DNA from: an uncultured Pirellulaceae bacterium
GTDB taxonomy: Bacteria > Planctomycetota > Planctomycetia > Pirellulales > Pirellulaceae
Reading direction: 5' to 3'
Assembly: GCA_964405425.1 (NCBI GenBank)
Contig: CAYONX010000003.1
Coordinates: 152,916-216,915, forward strand
Length of the DNA stretch: 64,000 nucleotides
This document shows, in pieces, positions 17,442-25,031 of this stretch. The notes under the pieces were generated by a model. It was not told the DNA's origin. It saw only the letters and a program-made list of their open reading frames with translations, and ran no database searches. The translations under genes and the position numbers were made by a program. The first letter of the stretch is position 1. The number at the start of each line of letters is the position of its first letter.

Positions 17442-19361
17442 ATGCATATTCAAACAAAAACGGTTGTACTCGTTATTTTATCCACATGGATGTGGGCTAA
17501 TTTTTCTGCGGCACAAAATCAATTCCAGATGCCGGAAATCAATCCATCGGTCGGCCAAACACCAATGACGGACCAGCCGACGTTCGAATCCCCCCAACAG
17601 AGCAAGCCGACGGAACTGCCGCCGATTACTCCCAGCTCGATTTATGACAATGAGCTTCGTAGCGAACCAACTCGGCAGCCTCCAAAACAAAACTACAGAA
17701 GCTTCGATAGCCAGCCGGCTCCTCCGATTAGAAAAACTGCTCAAGGTAACTTCGGACCCGCACTACGCCCTCAACAAGCACGCACCCAACAAACTAACCA
17801 ACTCACCTCGCAAAATCCTTTGCAGCAATTGAATCCCAATCGACTGCAAGAAGGGAATCTGTCGACAACCGCGCCAACTGCCCCAACTGCGCCCACCCTG
17901 CAACGATTCTCCAGCAGCACCACTGCGACAAACGACAACAACGGAACTCAGCGATCGATTATGTCTTCCAGAATATCGAGCGATACTTCCGACTCATCGG
18001 AAATCAGGCAAGCGACCTACAACGATCCAGCTCGACAAAATGTCGGCTCCAAGAACATCGCCAGAGACCTACTTTCGATTTACGACGTCTCTTCTTCTAC
18101 CAGACCATTGCCGGGCATGCCGGTTTCACTGAAAGACTTGATGGGTACAACGCCCGTCAGATTTCGACATGCCATGGTTCAACAATATTGGGAAACTTAT
18201 TTCGATTGGGCAACGCTGACCAACCGCATGGAATATGCGAAATGGCTCAATCAAATTTCCAACCCGCGCCGGCCGGTTGAACAGAAATTGATGAATACGG
18301 CCAGATCGATGGCCAAAAACGATGTGATGGCTGCCGAAATTCAATTGGCCAAATCGCAATCCAAATTGCAACAAATCAGTCGCTCCCAAACCAACGATCT
18401 ATTGCCGCTGCCGTTGAACCAACCGCTGGTGGGCAAATACAAGTCTCACTACGACTGGTATCAATCACGCAACCTGATTCCGGCGAAGCTAAAGGGAATC
18501 AACGAAATGTTGCCACGAACTTACGAGTTGCTTGACCTGCGGGCTTCAACGGTAACCCAGGCAGAAAACGCGCGGAAGCAATTCAAGAATTCATTCGCCA
18601 ACGGCAATATTGGTTTTGGCGATTTGCTGGAATCAGGACGCGTCTGGCAAAACGCCAGACAGTCGTTCGTCTCAACTCTTGTCAGCTACAACCAGGCAAT
18701 TTCCGATTACGCTCTAACCATTACCTCAGCCCAAAAACCAATCGATCAAATCGTTTCGATGCTGGTAGCCAAACCAAAGTCAGTAAATGAAGTTGCCGCA
18801 CAAAACAGCATCCTGGAACGACAGGCTCGCCAAAGTGCTCCCCAACGACTTCCACAACAACCGAGAATTGCAGCACAGCAGAATCTGGGTAATCAAAACA
18901 GGATCCTGGGCACCCAGCCTATCGCCCACAACAGTACCCTGCAAAGCGGAAGCACCGCCAACTCAAACTCAAACTCAAACTTTAGCAGTTCTGGCTCCGC
19001 CAATCCGCAATCAACCTCAAATCAAAACCCTGTTAAATTGAGTCCGCAATTCCAAACGCCAAGACAGCCACCAAGACGAACGACACAACAATCCAATGGC
19101 TTCCAAACGCCTGGCAGAGCCACATCGTCGACGCCCGGCCAGCTTGGAGGTGCGCAGCGCCAAACTGGAAATCAACGCGGACCCGGGCAAAGGAGCCGCA
19201 ATTTCAACAGCGGCGGCAACTCAAGCAACTTCCAATCAGGAAGCGGCGGCGGCTTCCAATCCGGCAGCAATTCACAAGGTGCTGGCGGCGGTTCATTTAA
19301 CGGAGGCGGCGGATCCAAAAGCAACAGCGGTGGCAGCTTCGGAGGTAGTTTCGGCGGCTAA
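17442..19361 (+). CDS. Secreted protein with Q/N/P-rich N-terminal and G/S/N-rich C-terminal low-complexity regions
   Basis: Signal peptide MHIQTKTVVLVILSTWMWANFSAAQ. A central helical region of about 250 aa (weak TolC-like feel around SYNQAISDYALTI). Tail of ...GGSFNGGGGSKSNSGGSFGGSFGG. Confidence 0.6.
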   Translation: MHIQTKTVVLVILSTWMWANFSAAQNQFQMPEINPSVGQTPMTDQPTFESPQQSKPTELPPITPSSIYDNELRSEPTRQPPKQNYRSFDSQPAPPIRKTAQGNFGPALRPQQARTQQTNQLTSQNPLQQLNPNRLQEGNLSTTAPTAPTAPTLQRFSSSTTATNDNNGTQRSIMSSRISSDTSDSSEIRQATYNDPARQNVGSKNIARDLLSIYDVSSSTRPLPGMPVSLKDLMGTTPVRFRHAMVQQYWETYFDWATLTNRMEYAKWLNQISNPRRPVEQKLMNTARSMAKNDVMAAEIQLAKSQSKLQQISRSQTNDLLPLPLNQPLVGKYKSHYDWYQSRNLIPAKLKGINEMLPRTYELLDLRASTVTQAENARKQFKNSFANGNIGFGDLLESGRVWQNARQSFVSTLVSYNQAISDYALTITSAQKPIDQIVSMLVAKPKSVNEVAAQNSILERQARQSAPQRLPQQPRIAAQQNLGNQNRILGTQPIAHNSTLQSGSTANSNSNSNFSSSGSANPQSTSNQNPVKLSPQFQTPRQPPRRTTQQSNGFQTPGRATSSTPGQLGGAQRQTGNQRGPGQRSRNFNSGGNSSNFQSGSGGGFQSGSNSQGAGGGSFNGGGGSKSNSGGSFGGSFGG

Positions 19362-19759
19362 CCGATCCGAATCCCAACTTTGGGTTTCGACTCGAAAACA
19401 ATTTGAACGCTGGAATCTGGAAGCCAAAGCATTCGGCCATCAAGTGTGCGCACCTGGATCCGATCTTCACATCGCGAAACCACATCCAACTCAATTCTCG
19501 ATTCTGAAAACGGATTGGTGTCAGTGGCACAATCTGTATCTTTCGATTGCATTACGACACTGTTCAACAATGTCGATAATTGCTGAGAGTGATCGACTTT
19601 CAATATCGACGATGTGAGCATCGAAATCAGGAACAATGGCAGCAGCGTCCATTTCAACAGCGACGCCGGCACCCAACAGACGAATCCTGTTGAACGGAGC
19701 AGGGCCATTGGTAACGAGTTTGATGGCGAGTTAATTATCGTTCGATTAGAATCGGACAT
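19358..19759 (-). CDS. Possible small membrane protein (hypothetical)
   Basis: Internal ATG (MSDSNRTII...) of the 161-aa ORF. One TM (WTLLPLFLISMLTSSIL). Sits divergent to the oxidoreductase. Weak support. Confidence 0.3.
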   Translation of the reverse strand: MSDSNRTIINSPSNSLPMALLRSTGFVCWVPASLLKWTLLPLFLISMLTSSILKVDHSQQLSTLLNSVVMQSKDTDCATDTNPFSESRIELDVVSRCEDRIQVRTLDGRMLWLPDSSVQIVFESKPKVGIRIG

Positions 19760-19896
19760 TGGATTCCTCCATAGATTTGTCAGTCGGAGTCGATCTGTGT
19801 TGCAAACGACGCGCCAACCCAGAATCTGGCAGGAACTACCCACATTTATCGGCTTTGGCTATCATTGCGGTCTTTCGAGTCACAGAAATTGCCATT

Positions 19897-21135
19897 ATGT
19901 CAGATCCCCAGGTTCTCATTGTCGGAGCTGGACTTTCCGGACTTGCTTGTGCCATTGAACTAAATCGGCGCGGAATTGAATGCCAGATTTTCGAAGCCAG
20001 CGGCCAAGTTGGTGGACGGGTAAGCACCGATCGCGTGGACGGATTCTTGCTCGATCGTGGCTTTCAGGTTTTCCTGACCTCGTATCCTGAAGCCCCAAAG
20101 TTTCTGGACTACGAATCGCTGGAACTAAAAAAATTCAAAGCTGGCGCCATCATTCGATACCAGGATTCATTCTGTCGTATTTCTGACGTCATGCGTCACC
20201 CAGGCGATCTGCCTGGCAATGTTTTTTCGCAAGCTGGCTCGATCACGGACAAATTAAAAATCGCGGCACTGCGAACGGAAGTTGCCAAACAATCGATCGC
20301 CGAAATTGAAGCAGCGGAAAATATTACGACGCAACAACGACTGAAGCAATTTGGATTTTCGCAACGGATCATCGATTCGTTTTTCCGGCCTTTTTTCGGA
20401 GGCGTTTTCCTGGAATCGAATTTGGCAACATCGCGGCGAATGTTTGATTTCGTTTTCAAAATGTTTGCATCGGGCGATGCAACTTTGCCTGCGTCCGGCA
20501 TGGGTCAAATCCCACAACAAATGGCCGCAAATTTACCGTCAGGCACGATCCAGTTTAACTGCCCCGTGAAATCGATAAACAACAACACCGTCCAACTTGA
20601 AAACGGTGAATCGGTTTCTGCCAGGCAGATTGTTTTGGCAACCGATCAAAATTCGGCAAACCGCCTGTTAAATAATGAAACCGTCGAAAACGTGGGAGTA
20701 ACCTGTTTGTACTTTGCCGCAAACGAAAGCCCCGTCAACGAGCCCATTCTGGTTCTTAACGGCGATCCGGCAGATGGGCCGATCAACAATTTGTGCGTCC
20801 CCAGTGACGTTGCAACCGCGTACGCTCCTGATGGCCAGGCATTGATCTCGATAACGGTGCTTGGTGTTGATCACGATCAGTCCAGCATCATTGAATCCGT
20901 ATTACAGCAAGTCAGAAAATGGTATGGCGAACCGGTCGACCAATGGCGGCATTTGAAGACCTACGAAATTAAACACTCATTGCCGAAACAAAATTGTTCG
21001 GATCTTGAGACCGTCAAAAAACCACTTCTCACAAAAGATGGGATCTATCGTTGCGGAGACTATCTGGATTTCGCATCGATTCAGGGAGCACTCGCCAGCG
21101 GGCGAAAAATCGCCGAACAAGTGAGCGAAGCTTAA
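19897..21135 (+). CDS. FAD/NAD(P)-binding amine-oxidase-family oxidoreductase
   Basis: Dinucleotide-binding VLIVGAGLSGLACAIEL...IFEASGQVGGR at the N-terminus when started at ATG 19897. C-terminal GDY...SIQGALASG is typical of the amine oxidase/PPOX-like fold. Confidence 0.8.
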   Translation: MSDPQVLIVGAGLSGLACAIELNRRGIECQIFEASGQVGGRVSTDRVDGFLLDRGFQVFLTSYPEAPKFLDYESLELKKFKAGAIIRYQDSFCRISDVMRHPGDLPGNVFSQAGSITDKLKIAALRTEVAKQSIAEIEAAENITTQQRLKQFGFSQRIIDSFFRPFFGGVFLESNLATSRRMFDFVFKMFASGDATLPASGMGQIPQQMAANLPSGTIQFNCPVKSINNNTVQLENGESVSARQIVLATDQNSANRLLNNETVENVGVTCLYFAANESPVNEPILVLNGDPADGPINNLCVPSDVATAYAPDGQALISITVLGVDHDQSSIIESVLQQVRKWYGEPVDQWRHLKTYEIKHSLPKQNCSDLETVKKPLLTKDGIYRCGDYLDFASIQGALASGRKIAEQVSEA

Positions 21136-21149
21136 TTTAATGGCCTGCA

Positions 21150-23318
21150 TTATTCGCGCCCGACTTTGATTGGTCGATCCTGAACCATCAAATACCAACC
21201 GCACTGAAGCGTCTCCGATTGCCTGGTCCGAAATTGAATGGGCAAAGCAACCGAATTCCACATACCATCGTACGGATCTCCAATCGGATCCACGTAATCA
21301 GAAATCATCTGTGGCTGTACTTGATCGCAACCGATTGCCAATACATTCTCGAGTACCGATTGGCAAACGTGGATTTTTTTGACTTGATCGGTGGACATAT
21401 TTTTCAAACCTGGATGATGCAACAATGCTCCCTGTAAATCACCACGGGTTTCCACCAGCGAAACAAATCTTTGATTTGAGGCTCCGGCGACGGAGTCATT
21501 GTCGATCAGCGGATCAAATTGGCCCATCTGAATATCCATTACCAGAACCCCAATGATGGACCCGTTCGGCTTCTTCACGGGCACCGACAAGCTGCACAAT
21601 TCGAGATCACGCAGTTCACAAAAATAAACCGGACTCAAAGCAGCATGATCGGTCGGCAAAGGCACGTTATCACTTTCCAAATCCAACCGCCCTTCACCCC
21701 CATGAAAATAGGGCCAACACCACAACGAACCATCGCCAGCCATTTCAGTGTCAGACGCGGCGCCAATGGTTTCCCCACGTTCGTTCAGCAAAACCAACGA
21801 AACGATTGGCAGTCGCCGCTGAATCGAATCGCGGTTTCGTTTCAGCAATGTTTTGATCTGGTCCGATGAATCCGTTTTATCTGCGGATTCAATTAAATCG
21901 ATCAGCAACATCGAGCCAGCCAATTGCTCCATCGCGATCAGTCTGGCCTCCAGGTTGTATTGAATTGATTTGGCCGTCATTCGACACGTCATATTCAAGC
22001 TGTCGATTTGTGAGATCCTGGCCGTAACCAGAGAATTTTTCGCGTCCTGCCTGGTTTTATAAAATGAAATGGAGGCAATCGATGTCGCCAGCGTGAGTGC
22101 AATTGCGGCGGTCAACAGCCCCAGAAATAACGATTGTTTTTGTTTGATGAACCGGCCGATTCTCTGCATCAACGTGTATCGAAATGCGTTGACTGGCACA
22201 TCGGCAAGAAAGTTTTCGATGTCGTCGGCCATTTCAGTTGCGGTCGCATAGCGGTCCTTGGGAATCAAGGACATGGCTTTCAGACAAATCGATTCCAGAT
22301 CTGCGGGTATCGTGTTGTCGATTTGACGCGGGGCCACAAAATCGCCTTTCATGATCGCCGTACGAATCGTGATCGGAGAATCACCATCGAAAGCGAACTT
22401 TCCCGTTAGCGCGCGGTACAGAACGACACCCAACGAATAAATGTCTGACGCGGGCCCCAGGTCTTCCTTGCCAGCAGCCTGTTCAGGGCTCATAAAAACC
22501 GGCGTTCCCTCTCCTTCGCGACTGACGTTGTCCTTCGACGATTGCGGCACTAGCGTTTTTTCATCAAGCACGCGAAATTTGCCATCGCGTTGAAACGGAA
22601 TCGCCAACCCCCAATCAACGACCAGAGTTTCACCGTATTTGCCAAGCATAATATTCTTGGGCTTGATGTCGCGATGAATGATACCGCGATTGTGAGCATA
22701 ACCAATGGTCTTGCAAACCGACGCAAGTTGCACAAGCAATTTCTGCCGCAACAATTGGCCTTGAGTATAGGAGCGGCCAGATTTGTCTTTGTGGTACGAT
22801 CGGATGACATCGTCGTAGGTATCGCCACCAATGAACCGCATTACGTAAAACGGTTGCTGGTCGCCCGATTCGCCACTGGCGTAAACAGGAACGACGCCAG
22901 GATGATCAAGGCGGCCGGTAATTTCTGCTTCCTGTAGAAAACGTTGGCGATATTCTTCGCTCTGGGCAACATTCAAATTCAAAAACTTGACGGCTACGTC
23001 GCGGTGAAGCTCTTCGTCTTTCGCTTTGTAAACAACCCCTAAACCGCCACGGTCGTGCAGATTCAGATCCAGCAATTTAGATTTGATTTCGATCGACGAT
23101 GGCCCGCGTTGGTGCGCAGAACCGCTTAACGGCGGCGGAGCTTTTTCGAATGATTGAAAGCAACTATCCATACGCCGAATCGCTTCAATTTTTGCTTTTA
23201 CTTCATCGATCAAATTCGGATGGTCGCGACAAAGGTCTTCCAACCCGATTTCTTTGCCGTTTTCAATCGACTCCTCCCACAAATCGAGTAGTTCGTCGAT
23301 TTTGGATTCGTCACTCAT
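21150..23318 (-). CDS. Ser/Thr protein kinase with one TM helix and a C-terminal sensor-like domain of about 300 aa
   Basis: VAVKFL (VAIK-type), HRDIKPKNIML, DWGLA (DFG-like), GTPVFMSPEQ. TM LFLGLLTAAIALTLATSIASISFY, then a non-repetitive domain. Confidence 0.9.
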   Translation of the reverse strand: MSDESKIDELLDLWEESIENGKEIGLEDLCRDHPNLIDEVKAKIEAIRRMDSCFQSFEKAPPPLSGSAHQRGPSSIEIKSKLLDLNLHDRGGLGVVYKAKDEELHRDVAVKFLNLNVAQSEEYRQRFLQEAEITGRLDHPGVVPVYASGESGDQQPFYVMRFIGGDTYDDVIRSYHKDKSGRSYTQGQLLRQKLLVQLASVCKTIGYAHNRGIIHRDIKPKNIMLGKYGETLVVDWGLAIPFQRDGKFRVLDEKTLVPQSSKDNVSREGEGTPVFMSPEQAAGKEDLGPASDIYSLGVVLYRALTGKFAFDGDSPITIRTAIMKGDFVAPRQIDNTIPADLESICLKAMSLIPKDRYATATEMADDIENFLADVPVNAFRYTLMQRIGRFIKQKQSLFLGLLTAAIALTLATSIASISFYKTRQDAKNSLVTARISQIDSLNMTCRMTAKSIQYNLEARLIAMEQLAGSMLLIDLIESADKTDSSDQIKTLLKRNRDSIQRRLPIVSLVLLNERGETIGAASDTEMAGDGSLWCWPYFHGGEGRLDLESDNVPLPTDHAALSPVYFCELRDLELCSLSVPVKKPNGSIIGVLVMDIQMGQFDPLIDNDSVAGASNQRFVSLVETRGDLQGALLHHPGLKNMSTDQVKKIHVCQSVLENVLAIGCDQVQPQMISDYVDPIGDPYDGMWNSVALPIQFRTRQSETLQCGWYLMVQDRPIKVGRE

Positions 23319-23953
23319 GACAACTCAGGAAATTCGCCGCCGAATTTTTCGAACAATGTCAGCTTGGCGCTGCGCCAGTATCTTTTGACAGAGCGAGTGC
23401 TGACGCCGATGATTTCAGCCGCCTGTTCCTGGGAAAGGCCGTTATAGAACAACATCTCGACGACTTCCTTTTGTTCGCTCGGCAACGATTCAATCGCTTC
23501 ATGCAAATCTGTCCATTGCGAAAGATCTTGTGACTCACCAGCTTCCGGATCGGCAGCATCGTAGGCACCGTGCGCGGGCACTTGCGATTGATCATTGCCG
23601 CCAGCCATCTGAGTCGCATGATTGGCACCCATTCCCTGTGGTCCGCCGTAGTGACGCGACAAATCGATCAGCTCACGCCGAATCTGTGTTGCCGCCAAGC
23701 GATAAAAATGACGAGCGTCAGCAATTTCAACTTTCGCCAGTGCACGGTGCAATCGCATGATCGACCGCTGGAACACGTCTTCGGTTTGCTCCCATCGGTT
23801 GACACGTCCGTAGCTTCGTTTCATCGAACGCGTCAAATGCATCAATCGTCCGCTGGCCGATGAAATCAATTCATCGCGCGCCGAATCATCGCCATCTGCT
23901 AACCGCCGTAGCAACTCTTGTACGCCACCAGATTGGCTGTCGTCCAATGTCAT
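23315..23953 (-). CDS. ECF-type RNA polymerase sigma factor (planctomycete Sigma70_ECF type)
   Basis: LLRRLADGDDSARDELI..., region 2-like FQRSIMRLHRAL, and a region 4 HTH LSQEQAAEIIGVSTRSVKRYW. Start taken at MTLDD. The stop overlaps the kinase start (ATGA). Confidence 0.85.
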   Translation of the reverse strand: MTLDDSQSGGVQELLRRLADGDDSARDELISSASGRLMHLTRSMKRSYGRVNRWEQTEDVFQRSIMRLHRALAKVEIADARHFYRLAATQIRRELIDLSRHYGGPQGMGANHATQMAGGNDQSQVPAHGAYDAADPEAGESQDLSQWTDLHEAIESLPSEQKEVVEMLFYNGLSQEQAAEIIGVSTRSVKRYWRSAKLTLFEKFGGEFPELS

Positions 23954-24086
23954 TGTGTCTCCCCAAAATATTGCCAATTTATTTATATCCGCTGGCTGGC
24001 AATAACGTAACACAATTGGGCTTGGGAAACCCAAATTCTTTGGTTGCCCTTCAATTTGAACGTCCAGCTTATTGATTGAGGTATCG

Positions 24087-25031
24087 CTATTTGCGATTGC
24101 CGGGTTCGCTGAATTTACTGAGCCTGGATTCGCATTGCTGATAAAAGCCAGCGTACTTCAGAAGGCCATTGCGAGTGCAAAATTCAGCCAGGTTCTTAAA
24201 TCGAGATTCAGGATTGGCTTTCGTGGCCCACCAAACTTTGGGCAAACATTCTGGGCACAGATAGATCGGTCGTCGATCAGATTCTTCCAGACTGTTGGAG
24301 CCGCACATATTACAGTTGTAGGCGATGCAGTGCTGGATCGAAAACATGTGCCCCGTTTCATGAGTCGCCGTTTTCAATGTTCGCTCAAGGCATTTTTCGA
24401 ATTCAGTTTCTGGATCACCGTTTCGAAACAGCGACCAAACGCCCACACGTTCCTTTAATGATGCCTGACCAAAAACGAAATTCCACTTTTCATCCGGATA
24501 AAGATCACTGGTCGTAAACGCAATCAGGGCGACGGCGTCTTTGGGTAACCGCTTGGGCAGAACTTTATTCAGCACATACAGTGATTGGATCTGACGCACA
24601 CCCCATGATGGATGCACGCGACGAGCATCTTCTGGAATCGCATCATCCAACGAAAGCGTATCCATGACTTTGGTGTCGCAGGAAAAATAAAGCGACAGAA
24701 ATTCGGCGCTCAATTCAACAATTTGCTTTTGCTTCTGATTGAATTCGCCAAGTGGCAACACGTACAGCTTGTCACGCTTACGAGTGATCTTGACCGGCGA
24801 ATTGGACAAGTATTGTTTGAATGTCTGACCAGGCTCTTTGTGAGAACTGAGCCAGTCACCTCGTTGAACCGGGCCCATCTCCGAATGCAACTCAGCCAGT
24901 CCCTTTACTTGCGTGGCAAGATCACGTTGCATCTGGCTTAAACGTTTTTCTTGAGGGCCATGAATGGCCATTACCAGACCGACTGCTGAACACAGCAGCA
25001 GGCCAACGATCAAACCAATTCGCAAAATCAT
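24087..25031 (-). CDS. Archaemetzincin-like zinc metallopeptidase (M54 family) with an N-terminal signal anchor
   Basis: HETGHMFSIQHCIAYNCNMCGSNSLEESDRRPIYLCPEC fits the archaemetzincin signature HExxHxxGxxHCxxxxCxMxxSNSxxExDx(n)CxxC, with Ser in place of the Gly. N-terminal TM ILRIGLIVGLLLCSAVGLVMAI. Confidence 0.8.
   Translation of the reverse strand: MILRIGLIVGLLLCSAVGLVMAIHGPQEKRLSQMQRDLATQVKGLAELHSEMGPVQRGDWLSSHKEPGQTFKQYLSNSPVKITRKRDKLYVLPLGEFNQKQKQIVELSAEFLSLYFSCDTKVMDTLSLDDAIPEDARRVHPSWGVRQIQSLYVLNKVLPKRLPKDAVALIAFTTSDLYPDEKWNFVFGQASLKERVGVWSLFRNGDPETEFEKCLERTLKTATHETGHMFSIQHCIAYNCNMCGSNSLEESDRRPIYLCPECLPKVWWATKANPESRFKNLAEFCTRNGLLKYAGFYQQCESRLSKFSEPGNRK

Noticed and set aside
19096-19617. 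173-aa plus-strand ORF overlapping the end of the Q/N/G/S-rich gene
   Set aside because: It is an alternative frame of a low-complexity repeat region (A/S/E-rich read-out). No independent support.
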